Shown: positions 47,215 through 59,181 of the stretch, piece after piece | Numbering within the stretch: the first letter of the stretch is position 1 | Layout: every line of letters begins with the position of its first letter | Assembly (NCBI GenBank): GCA_043228905.1 | Contig: JBHGNT010000016.1 | Location: 2,232,001 to 2,296,000 of the forward strand | From: Azolla caroliniana | Lineage: Eukaryota; Plantae; Polypodiophyta | Reading direction: 5' to 3' | DNA length: 64,000 bases | Notes under the pieces: model-generated | Database searches by the model: none | Told to the model about the DNA's origin: nothing | Seen by the model: only the letters and a program-made list of their open reading frames with translations | Translations under genes and position numbers: made by a program

Positions 47215-50200
47215 CTAGCTTACAAAACCTTTCTCTTGCAAGCTAAGCACTGTATCTTGTAGGCACTTCTTCAAAGGTGTAAACGACAATCCAATTTTTT
47301 GAAGCTTTTCATTTGAGAAAAGATAAGGTTTCACCTTAGGTTTTTTCTCGTCAGAACATCTGGAAAGACATTATATGAGATTACATCATATATTCACGTA
47401 CATACATATATATTAATTCCTAGTTATTGAATGATAATATATCTATTGGATGCGTGGAAGTAGGAGTCACCAATGGCTCATCACAAGCATGAACAGAGCC
47501 GTTAAACCGTTTTTAAACAATTTGGTGGTTCAACGGTTCGGCTCAGTACAAGCTTGAGCCTCCTTAACCGGTTTGAGCTCTGTTTGGGAGGGCTTAAGCT
47601 GAAACAAATTGTTTTATTGCCAAAATAATTCCTAAACCAGTTGAGGCTTAAACAGTTTGGCAAACGGGTTACTAAACCGGTTTACCGTTAACTAGTTTGT
47701 CCAAACCGGTTAAGCATTAACCAGTTTGTCTCCAATTTGAAAACTCTCAAACTGTTTGGTTTGGTCAAGGCCAAACCAGTTAAACTGAAAAGAGAACCGT
47801 TGCCAAATCCTACTTGCAAGTCAATGTAACAATAATCCATAACTCATTTTTAAATTATTATTGTAAATGCTTGAGTTAGGGTAAAATTATTTATTGACTA
47901 GGAATGTGAAGTTGGCAAAAGCTTGTCAAGATGTAGTGCACCTTTAACTTGGGTGCATCAATCTATTTGGAGAAACTTCACATCCTTTATGGATTCGCTA
48001 CTAATCAATAGTATGATAAGGAAGTTGTTTGTCGATTATTTAATCTCATTTTTCCACACATCATCTTTATCCAGATAAAATAATACAAAAAAATTTATGC
48101 CAATTAAACAAGATGATAGGTATTTTCAACAATTTTAACTTACACTCTTGGGATTGGATAATTGGGGAAGAGCTCTCCAAGCAATCTACAAATATCGCCC
48201 CGATGGGCAACGCTCTCTGCACAAAGATACCGTCCATTCGAAGTTGGTGTTTCATAAAGGAGGATGCATGCATCAACCACATCCCTTACATCAACATATG
48301 CTTGGATTGAATTCGCATATGTATTTGTTGATCCTATCATCTCACAAATCATATTAAGTAATGTCTTTTCAAGAAAAGTTTGATTATAAAACTTTCATAT
48401 AGTTCAAGAGAGGCTACGCATACCTATCAAATATTTAAGGATATGTAGTGTGCTAGCATTTATTGTTGATTGAAGCAATGGACCAAGCACCAAAGAAGGA
48501 ATTAACACCACCAAATCGACGTTGTTTTGTTTTGCATGACTCCATGCTGCTTGCTCAGCAACAGTCTTTCCATAGCAATACCAATTCTACTAAAAACACT
48601 TGATATTAGTTTACTATAAATATTGCCAACCTTTAAGAAACACGTCGATCATAAAATAAGAGAGAGAGAGAGAGAGAGTAGCTTAGTTAGTTGGTAAGGT
48701 TGCCCAATGGAGACCAGGTGGTCATGGGTTCAATCCCTACATTCCACAGTGGTGGCATCTAGTGAAATAGAGATATATATGAAGTACATAATGGAGAGGT
48801 GAGGAAATTGGGTTTCGAACCCAAGACACAGTGCTTGTAGTGTTATTGACTTACCACTAGGGTAAGATAATTACAATAAAAAGATAGAGAGAGAGAGTGT
48901 GTATGTTTGTGTGTTGTATAGACAGGTCAAAAAATGTAGAAAACCAAGAACTATATAGCAAGGGATATTCTTTATTCACACTTACAAGTCACATTGATGC
49001 ATACATGTTTGTAGATATATGGAATGCACACATTCTCTATATCTAGACAATTATATTAAGTTTTCTTCATTGTTGTAGAATACTTAGCATACAATAATAC
49101 ATATGCTAACTATTCTACCTTTAAAAAAAAAAAACTTAGAATATAGATTTTATACATAACATATGTTAAATGCTTAGAATATGTGCATAATACTTTAAAT
49201 ACATAGAATACCTGTAAAATACGTTAAATAATGTACTTCTTAAATTTTAATGTTTTTTTTAAATTGTAAATACTTGTTAAATACGTCGAAACTTAGAATA
49301 TGTGCAGAATACTTCACTGTATTCTAAAACAAATTCTATACATAGAATATGCGTTTTTTAACAACTATGGTTTTCTCCAACTCAAATTGCACTAGAATCA
49401 ATTCCTCATGACTATGTTAGACATAATGCATGGTCGTTTGAACATTACACACATATGTAATATATTTGTGCATGCAATAATATCATATTGGGCTAGGTTT
49501 ATCAACTTTGGCCAATACTTTTGTAATCTATTTCCAAGACCTTTATGATGGCATCTTTCACCTTATTGATGAGACCACGGCCCACCCTTACACACATGAG
49601 GCAAACAATCAAATTGTCAACAAACTTGGAACATCAAAGTTACTATCGGGACCTTTAAAATGTTGGAGAATCCATTAAGAACTTCATTTGTTAGCTCATC
49701 GTGATTATGGTTCTTGCCACTACAAAGATGTCGTAAAACCATGCTTACCTCATCCTATATGAGATTCACATCCAATTCCTAACTAAGGGTGTCATGAACA
49801 ATACATCCAACCATATCATAAAACTCATGATGTTTGAGCAAATCACCTCATTAAGAATAAACAATACCTTCAACAAATGATCTTAATGTTTTGTAGAGTT
49901 ATATCACATATCTTTAATCCCTAGCTATCTTCTTCTTGAGAAAAGTTCACCAAAATGTTCACCATGAGAGAATCATTGTGAGATTGAAGGAATATAGAAG
50001 ACTTAATTAAGTGTAATGGGAGCTCACAAGGTTAGGATATATAAATGTCAACCGAATGATTGCAAACCTCCAAAGAAATAAGGAGATGGTCTCAAGACTC
50101 GCATCTCATAGAATTTTAAGACGAAGTGATGCTAGTAAAAGGAATCAACATGCATTAGTTGACATCAAAAGATGTGGTGTGGAAGATCTCGTAGAGCTTT

Positions 50201-52668
50201 CAAGTGATGTTGTGAAATATATATAGTTATTGAGAAAAGGTTAATGCAATCATTTAGGAAAAAGTGGGAAGATGCTAAAAGGACATTTATATTTGCGAAC
50301 ATCTACCTTGAATGTTAGGTTTAATATAAGGCATAAGGCCTATTGATTGTGTTTAACCTTATCTCATGACTAACATGAGTATTAACTCTCATAGAGCCCC
50401 TCACACTCCGTCTCAATTGATCACAAAGTATTGAAGTTGCATTATGGCATCAAAGTGCATCAAATTTAAAGGCATGGATGATATGCATGTAAGGGCTAGT
50501 AGAGGATGAATATCCTCACTTTTTATATGCTCTACATATAATGCAATTCGTGAAAGCTAAGATGACTTTTTAAGAGGGGGTGATGACTTGAGTGGCACCC
50601 TAAAGAGAACACCTAGAAGGTTGAGTTCATATATGTATATTCATACATTGAGACTTTGAGCTTCAAAGCTTCATGGTTGGAGTCTGGACACAAACATCAA
50701 GAAAACTTGTATATGTACTCAATTCCCATGGGTCAATATTGGCCTCTCTATGGAAGTCTAAACAATGTATATGTATCTGAATCACTCCAAGTTGAAGAAA
50801 TATTTACAATCATGAATGAATTGACCATATAAATATTACCTTTGTGTCTTTGCAAAAATCAAGGTCACTCCAACAAGACTCATCAACAACAATGGAGGGG
50901 TCTCGATGAGGGTCCATATATACTGCACCAATTGATGAAGTGAATATAACACGTTTAATTGAATTCTTCGTTGCTACATCTATCACATTCAATGTTCCTT
51001 TTACTGCCGGCTCAACCATGGCCTCCTACAAAAAATATGTTACAATTGTAATTTCCAAAAAAACAAGCAGTTCCTAATCTAACAAATGAACTTTTTGGAT
51101 ACATTTTATATTGATTCAAACTATAGTGGGAGGTACTCACAGGATCATCTGTTACTGGAGATGCTAAGTGAAAAATAGCATCACAACCCTTCGAGGCTAT
51201 TAGGAGATCATCCAATTCTAAAAGATTGGCTTTAATAAGAACCAATCTTTCTGAAGCCCCTTCCAATTGCTTCAAGTGAGAATTCTTTGGATCATCTATT
51301 ACAAAATTTGTCATGTTCTTAATTAAGATGAAAGGAAAACAATTTATTTTTTTTCCAAAAAATCACTACTTCGCATTAGTTAGCAAACAAAATTACATCA
51401 TAGAACTCTCAAAATTACTCTCAACAGCCCTCACTCTGGCCTTCCCACCAAAGCGGACATAGTCCCCACCTCATTTTCAACAAACGTATCCAAACAACTC
51501 CAATAACCTAGTTATTTGTACCATAACTATACAAATTTACAGCACCTAGACGTTGTTGGAAACTATTGGGGGAAACAGCCATCGGGGTGCTTGGTAGTGC
51601 CATTGAGGCCCTGATGATGTAAGCTATAAGAATGGAGACACCCACAAAAATAACAATTTACAATCTTTTGGATTTTGTGAAACACAATAATAGTAAAAAG
51701 TTATGGCAAGTGTAGTGTAATTGGAAAATGAAATATTGTTATTATTTAATTATTTATTTTCAAACCAGAGGGAATGTTCCTAAAGAAAGGAAGGATTCTA
51801 ATTTTACGTAAATATGGTGATATTGTCTTTGTTCACAAATAAGCAATGCATATGGTTGTAACTTGTAACTTGTAACTTGTCCATTAACCTTGATGGCTAA
51901 ATATCTTTGACTTAAGGAGCATGTAGCATACTCCATATACCAAAGCAACTCTAATTAAGCATATTAGCATTTCATATGACTTTGGGAGAACTCTTGTAGA
52001 GGATGAAGCTCAAAAAATGTTATTCCATATATCAAAGTAACTTTAAGTAAGTGGGTTACTATTCATGTTTATGGGACAACTCTTCTAGAGGATGAAGCTT
52101 TGAAAACATTTCTTCAAAACTTTTGGCCATCTCTTTACATTTATCTTTTTTTAGCATTGATAATTGAAGAATAACGACCAACAATTTGGTCCTTTTATAT
52201 CTTACTTTTGTTATTCATATATATAGATATATATATCCTCTACATAGTCTATTTATACTTACTATCGAGTAATTACATTGTTAACTCACTTAATGAGTGA
52301 TTTCCCTAACCTTACATGTAACAAGAATAATCAAGATAGCTTAGGTTAAAATTATTAGAGTAAGACAAAAATGATAATACAAAGTGTTAAATACCTGGGT
52401 TCCTGAGTGTGCCTTTAACAATGTATCCCTTCTCAAGGAGGCGTTTAACAAGCCACGATGCTATGAAACCCCCTGCACCAGTTACACACACTGTGCATAT
52501 CCCAATTGTTTGCAAATTGTTGTCAATGGATGGTGCAATGATCGATTTTATGTCATCAATGTCATTATGATGGATCCACGATTTCGCATCATCTTCGGAT
52601 ACACAAATTTCCTCCATGTTGGCCCCATTCTCCACATGAACTTGTTTAGTTTCAAACATAGGGGACAT
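47215..52668 (-). CDS. CCR: Cinnamoyl-CoA reductase, copy C (intact, 6 exons, ~370 aa)
   Basis: Exons 52668-52395, 51295-51141 (155), 51025-50840 (186), 48586-48424 (163), 48333-48144 (190), 47359-47215 (145); GT..AG, in frame to [39 protein letters not shown]. The start codon choice is uncertain. Confidence 0.9.
47461..47812. mobile_element. hAT-type MITE in CCR-C intron 5 (same insertion as 31536)
   Basis: Same TIRs; decayed TSD cgtggaag / cttgcaag; same flanks as the CCR-B copy. Confidence 0.88.
48679..48864. mobile_element. Element with two convergent tRNA-like (A/B-box) heads inside an (AG)n microsatellite
   Basis: Plus: tagcttagttagttggtaagg..ggttcaatccc. Minus: taccctagtggtaag..gggttcgaaaccc. 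The right half recurs inverted at ~53923-54035. Confidence 0.55.
49068..49369. mobile_element. hAT-type MITE (second family) in CCR-C intron 3
   Basis: Termini cattgttgtagaa / ttaacaactatg; 8-bp TSD gttttctt / gttttctc; internal tagaata repeats; related fragment at ~26690-26912. Confidence 0.7.
51347..51618 (-). mobile_element. LINE 3'-end fragment (second family) in CCR-C intron 1
   Basis: Minus strand [12 protein letters not shown], then 3'UTR ending actaatgcgaagtagtgattttttgg-aaaa. Confidence 0.75.
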
Positions 52669-53599
52669 AGTTTTCAAGAACAATTATATTAAAGTTATGA
52701 AGGAATGAAAATTGATCAAGATAAAGAAGGAATATATATTGGGGGAAAAGGTCCAGAATTAAGGTTTAAATTTTGTGACAGACAATGATCAGGAATGCTT
52801 GCAAGGTGCCTGAATGATTAGGAATTTTTCCTATGAGGGAGAAATGTATCTCACAAAATGCAATAAAATTGGAGAAATAGAAGTAAACGCAATGATTCAC
52901 GCATTTATATAGGGATTTGAAAGGTTCTATAATTAAAGGGTTTGCTATTTTTATTTCTCTTGTTGGTGTTGTTGAGTAGAAGCTAAGAATTCCATATGCA
53001 TTTTGATGTTATGGAATACATCAACATAAAGAAAACATCGAGGAGCATGACACCCACTAAAAGAAGCACTATCAAAGGTAGAGCATGAAGAAAAAGTGGA
53101 TTCTCTCTTTCCTTTTGTAATCATTCTCCATAACACTTTGTGTTGTCTTTTAGAGAAAGTTGAGGTGGTGGGTACATGCCTTTTAACTTTCTAAAAAGCT
53201 AGCAAACATGTAAACAATCTAAGATTAGGTTTTCTTCCTTTGGTGAAGTCATTACAAGTGGATTTGAGATCAAATGATTAATAAAGAGATTTTGAAGGAT
53301 TTCCAAAATTTCTATACATATTTCGGCTTATTGAATGACACTAACTTTCCTTATCGGTTCTACAAAACTAGAACAATATTCTTTTACTTGTGAGTGTTGC
53401 TACCTTTCTCTCTTCCCAACAACATAGATAGACATTGATACCCAAGTACTATGTTTGGAACAAGGAAAGATAGAAAAGATAGAAAAGCCCAAGAGACAGA
53501 AGTGAATGGCCGTTATGTGTGAAAAGAGCATAAGTGTAATATGAAACAATAAAAGACACATTTGGCCCCTTTTCAATATTTGAGGTAGGCAACATCATG

Positions 53600-53795
53600 C
53601 AAACATGAAGATATGCAAGATATGCAATGAAAACCTAGTGGAGGATGAGTATCACTTATCGCATGCTCAACGTATAAGGTGATTTGTGAGAAATATGATG
53701 TCTTGTTAAATGAGTATGATAATGTGCGTGTCATACTCAAATTTCCACCGAGAAGGCTGAGCACATATGTGCATGCATTATTTTTACATCGAGAG
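53600..53795 (+). mobile_element. Decayed non-LTR retrotransposon C-terminal CCHC fragment
   Basis: Translates ICKICNENLVEDEYHL..(C)STYKVICEKY, a typical LINE ORF2 terminal Cys motif. Confidence 0.55.
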
Positions 53796-55515
53796 TTTTT
53801 ATGACAAAGTAGTAACCCCCCTTCTTAGGAAGGCATCACATACAAGATGATATGTTGATTTGGTTCCATAGATCAAAATTAGCCTCGCCACAAGTAAAAA
53901 ACAAATTTATCATAATTAGCATACCCTAGTGGTAAGTTGTTACAATACTAGCATTATGTCTTGGGTTTGAGGCCCTGTTTTCTCACTTCTTTATTACTTC
54001 ATACATATTTCTTAATTTACTAGATGCCACTATGGATATAATCATATTAATAAATCTGAATGGCACCACAATTGAGTGTGGAGTCATCACTAAAAGTGCA
54101 GTAGGACATGTTGAATCACCAATAGGCAAGACCAACCTCCATCAACGAAAGAATTTCTTGGCAATCTCTACTTTCTAGGCCAACATAATTATCGAGAATA
54201 CATAAATAACTCCTTTTGCAAAGAATTACAATCCTCTCTCTCTAGATTATGGTTTCCATACAAATAAGGAGCTCTTCATCCCCATAAAATATCAAGTGTT
54301 GAACACATGAAGAACAATGAATCTTAAGTGGAATATATCCGTTCAATAATTACCACCATGATGCCTTAATCGTTGTTCTCCCATGTGTTATACCCTCATT
54401 CTCAATGAAATATTGGACAATAGTTATCCATGGTTGTGAGTGTGAGTATACATCTTACAATAATGAAAATCTAGTAGCCATTATATGCATAGATAAATCC
54501 AATATTGCAGTTCCCCCCAAGCTCTTAGGGGTTGTGAGATGGTTCCATACAATCCATATGATTCCCATATTATCCCTCTTTCTTCACAAGAAATATCAAA
54601 GAGGTTGCAAAATGGAATAAACGACTTTCTTTGTCCATGGTAGCAATGACAAATAATGTAATATCATGGGTTCTGTAATACAATATACAAATGGCTAAGA
54701 TTGTGAGTTCCAATATATGAATTTATCCCTAAACTTTTTAATCATCTATTCAATCAATCGATCATTCATAACATTCACTCCCAATGGATACCCCAAGTGT
54801 TGAAATATAGGGCTTTTACTAACCATGGATTCTTGTCACTCTTGACATTCCAAATCCCTCTTCGTATATGAGATAGGCTAGACTTTCTCCGATTAATATG
54901 CAATCCAGATGCTTATGCAAATTGGTTTCATATGAGCATCTTATTCTCAAGATTCTAATATAAGGCTCATAGAAACATGAAAGAAACATTTGCCAAAACC
55001 TACACTATAGGTAAACCTCCTTAAATGCCTTAATCAAGTATTCCAAAGTTCCTCCATCTTAGTCTATTTGTAAACCCTACACCATGACCATATAAAGAAA
55101 ACAAAAAATGATAAGCATATGACTATGACACCCAAAGAGACATGAGCTACTTGTCAGAGTTATCTCTCATGTATATAAATCTTGTCACATAAGCTACTTG
55201 TTATGTCAAACTTTGGTGGAGAGTTTGCATTTGCACATTGACTATATATTGTCATGCTCTTATGGCCATATAAAGAAAATATTTTTTGAGAAGCTCACCT
55301 TAGCTAGACTCCTCTCTTGATCATACTTAATAGGTCTCTAAATTCAAATTTTGAGTTGAGGTCATACTAAGAATAATCATTTGTAACCAAATAGTTGCAT
55401 TAATTAAACAATTTTTTGGAGTAGCTTCAACATTCACAATTATAATGAGCTTTTTACATTATTGAATTGTACTAATTCCATTGGATTTCGTGTTTTGGAG
55501 ACCTACAAGATTTTC

Positions 55516-55879
55516 AATTTTATTCCCAAAACAACACTACTTCGCATTAGTTAGCAAACAAAGTACATCAAAGACCAACACATTTCAGCAAAGCTCACTC
55601 TTGTCTTCTCACCAAAGTGATCGTAGTCCCCACTCCCTCATTTACGACAAAAGTATCCCATCAACTCTTTTAACATGGTAACTACCTTGTAACACAGTTA
55701 TACATATTTACAGCTCCTGGTCACTACTGGAAGCCATTGGTAGAAACGGCCATTTGGGTGCTTGGTAGTTCCATTAGGCCCTGATGATGATCTGGCCACC
55801 ATAGGAGAACTACCCCATTTTAGGAGAAACTTTGACTGGGCTCTTTTGGTTTCATCCAATTCCCCATGAATCGAATCAT
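55516..55879 (-). mobile_element. LINE 3'-end fragment (second family)
   Basis: Minus ORF VYDSIHGELDETKRAQSKFLLKWGSSP..; 3'UTR homologous to 26917 and 51347; ends actaatgcgaagtagtgttgttttgggaataaaa. Confidence 0.75.
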
Positions 55880-56147
55880 AGACTTGCAAGATATTGTCCA
55901 ACATATTTAAGTGATATGATAGGTCTCAAGCATGGAATATTATTGATGCCCACTTCCATGACATGTGTTCGACGTAGAAAAAGAATATTCATTTCCATGG
56001 CTATATGCATAAAAATGGTCACTGATTCACCCACAAACATCATGGATATTCAAAAGCTATGTTAGGTGAGGAAGGGTGAATTTGTATGTCATGCATGTGC
56101 AAGGGATATGAAAGGTCTCAAAATGTTGACGTGCATGGGATTGTATT

Positions 56148-57160
56148 TAGCAATGGGCACGATTTCGGCTCAAACCGAATTGAACCGTTAAGCCATGGTT
56201 TAACGGTTTATTGGTTCCAAAAAATTTAATGGTTTGGTTTGCTTTGGATTTTCGATAAACGGTTCGGTTCGGTTCTAAAACTCGGGTTTATAGGTTTGGT
56301 TTAAAGGTTTATAGGTTTTTGGTTAACTTTTGTTTTACCTTTATAATTTATTGATTTAATGGTTTAATTAATGGTTTTTTATTGATTTAATTAATTTAAC
56401 TTAAGTGTTTATTTAATTTAATGGTTCAATTAAAGTTTCTTTTATTGATTTAATAAATTTATCTTAAATGCTTATTTAATTTAATGTTTTTTTTTCCAAA
56501 AAAAAAACTCCTTCCATTAGTTATAAAATTTTACAAATGAGGCGATTATGTACAAATCCCTAAAGGGACGCGATAGTTCCATCTAATGTAGAAGCCCACT
56601 GACTCAAGAAAGGGAGAGGACGACCATTGTTGGATGTAGGCTATGCGTTGTCTTTCAACTCCCTTGGAGCCACCTTTAAGGCCATCATATTGACTTTTCA
56701 GAGTGGCTACAATTTCACTCCATATCTCTTGCAGTAACCTTGTTGGATAGGTGGTTTGGTTGGAGAAGACTCGCCTACATCGTTGTTTCCATAGAATCCA
56801 AAGGGTTATTGGGCTGACCAATTCCAACACCTCTTGAGATTTGTCATTAAGAGGAAAATAGTGGACATTGTCGCTGGAGGAGAAAAGAACCTAATTTAAT
56901 GTATTTTTGTTTATTTAGATGTTTAATTAGTTTAATTTAAGTGGTTAGGTTTAAAATTTTTATTAAATGGTTCGGTTTTGTTTCAACTTTTCCCTAAACG
57001 ATTTGGTTTTAAATGGTTTGGTTTCAACTATTTCTTAATTGGTTTGGTTTCAATACTGAGAGTTCATAAACGGTTTGGTTTGGTTTTTGTTTTAAATAAA
57101 CGGTTCGGTTTCTTTGCCTTGAAACCGAACCGAACCGAAACTGAACCGCGCCCATTGCTA
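56148..57160. mobile_element. MITE (hAT-like) with nested LINE fragment
   Basis: TIRs tagcaatgggcacg / cgcgcccattgcta; aaccg/cggtt subterminal repeats; AT-rich core; TSD imperfect (ttgtattt on both sides but offset). Confidence 0.78.
56488..56891 (-). mobile_element. 5'-truncated LINE inserted in the MITE
   Basis: 11-bp TSD taatttaatgt at 56477-56487 and 56892-56902; highly similar to 59182-59592; ORF LELVSPITLWILWKQRCRRVFS. Confidence 0.9.
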
Positions 57161-57189
57161 AAATTTGTATTTAAGAATCAAGCCTAGTA

Positions 57190-57435
57190 TAGATGGGTGT
57201 TGCCACGAGAAGAGATCAGAGGATGCCTATGTTGAATTTGGGTTGTATGAGGCTCACATGGAGGGTATGCGGCCGAGTAATGCTATGTTCATTGGATGAT
57301 GTGGTGTTTTGGAGTTTTTTGTTGTTTCCTTTACACATGTTGTTTTCTTCTCGCCATTGAAGTTGGCCTATAAGATATGAGTTGTATATTATCCTATGTA
57401 CATTGTCTTAACTAATGGAAGTAGTTTTTTTTTGG
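57190..57435 (+). mobile_element. LINE 3'UTR-only insertion
   Basis: 17-bp TSD aagaatcaagcctagta at 57173-57189 and 57436-57452; ends actaatggaagtagttttttttttgg. Confidence 0.85.
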
Positions 57436-57700
57436 AAGAATCAAGCCTAGTAAAAAAGTATAAATTTTGCCATTAAAAATATAGGTTAGTTTTGTATTTC
57501 ATCTAACCCCCACAATATTCACAATTTCGTATTCATCAATTGTTGCCATAGTATCCTACAATGCATACGAGGCCCTCTTCTTTATCTTTATTTTTCTTCT
57601 TTTATGTTATTACTATTTGCATACAGAAACCACCAACAAACACCACTCTTGGAGCCCCTAAGGAACATCTCCCATTAAATATTCCATCGTAGTCTTTATG

Positions 57701-58126
57701 GTTTTTTTCCCAAAAAAATGCTACCCATTAGTTAGGAAGAAATACAAGAGGTATCATATGTACAAGGGCCAAGCCTCATATAGAGCTATGTGGCTTCGAT
57801 TAACTCTAAAAACGTGAAGCCTAGAGTGATCCTTCTACGGTCCGGGGATGATGGGGGGATGTCGCATGGGGGGAGTCCTTGAGGGGAAGAGCCATTTCAA
57901 CGGGAGATAACACCATTGTATATTGCCGATTTGCAATCGCAGCATCGACGTTCCACTCCATTTCAAAATGAATGTTGCACGTGCCTTGGATGTTGAGACT
58001 AATTCACCTTGAATATCTTCATATGACCCACAAAGGAAGGCGATGAGGTGATCCCAAAGTCCCATGATTACCTCTGCTGGTGGGATGGGCTTCTCGTGGA
58101 AGATCCAGCGGCAACAATGCTTCCCA
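57701..58126 (-). mobile_element. LINE 3'-end fragment (another family)
   Basis: 11-bp TSD tagtctttatg at 57690-57700 and 58127-58137; ORF ..WCYLPLKWLFPS; ends actaatgggtagcatttttttggg-aaaaaaa. Confidence 0.82.
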
Positions 58127-59181
58127 TAGTCTTTATGTTTTGGGTCTATCAAAGGTGGAACTCATTACAACACCATTATTTTTTTGCTAGTGAAAATTAT
58201 CACCATCATAAAGGGAAATTTATTGAAATTTAATCTCTTCATTAAATGTTGTCATGACTTTATTGAGATATATTGAACGACTAGAAAAAAGAGATTCATT
58301 GGTAGGTATTATGTGTTTGTTTGTTTTTCTTAAACTTTGTGTTATATATAAGTTTCTTTACATATTTTAACAATCTTTTCGAACCTTTAGAAGCTATTAC
58401 AAACCTTAGATGTTAGGTATGACTCATGAGTAAGGTCTATGTAGTATGTCAATTGACCATGTCCTTGTCACATGCACTTAGTGGCAACGAACAAAGAAAG
58501 CGAAATATGAACAAAATAACCTTGGAAAACCGTAAATTTCATGGTTGATTATCTCTCCCACTTTGTTCAATATAATGATCTAAGTAAGACGTGTTAAAAG
58601 AGTCACATCTATCACATCATATAATATATTGAAGTGTTGATATATTTCAAAGACACTTAAAAGGAGATAGAAATTGAACACCTAAATATTATAATGTCCC
58701 ATGATTGTAACAAAAACGTGTCTTTAAAAATAAAAGTAATGAAACAAATATGTAGAGAGAATTACAAATTGCACAATTAAAACCAATGGTCAACATGGCC
58801 ATATTATAGTGGAATCAATCCCATTACAATTAGACTATGAAACACTTTATTGTTAATATTAGGTACATAGATTCAATTAAAAGAAGAGTTAATGAAATAT
58901 TTTGATTTGTTTTTAAGAACGTGCTTATATCGAGCATCACAATGCAACTATATAGTTGTATACAACTTTGGATAGTCGTCTAATGTTCAATCGATTTGCA
59001 AAATACAACAATAAAGACATGGTGAACAAGACGGTGGAAGAGGGTTTAATTAAGTTAACATAGGGTAAAGAAAAAAAGGTTGAAAGTACATAGACAATTT
59101 GAAGCTATGTGTGGCACTTTGAAAATGTATATTTGTTTGACATATACTTTTTTCATAGCTCTTCGTTATCATTGTGATCAG

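Noticed and set aside
54100-55470. Possible ancient LINE RT remnants (also ~6150-6830, 30480-30760, 49440-49900)
   Set aside because: Too decayed to translate convincingly or assign boundaries by eye.
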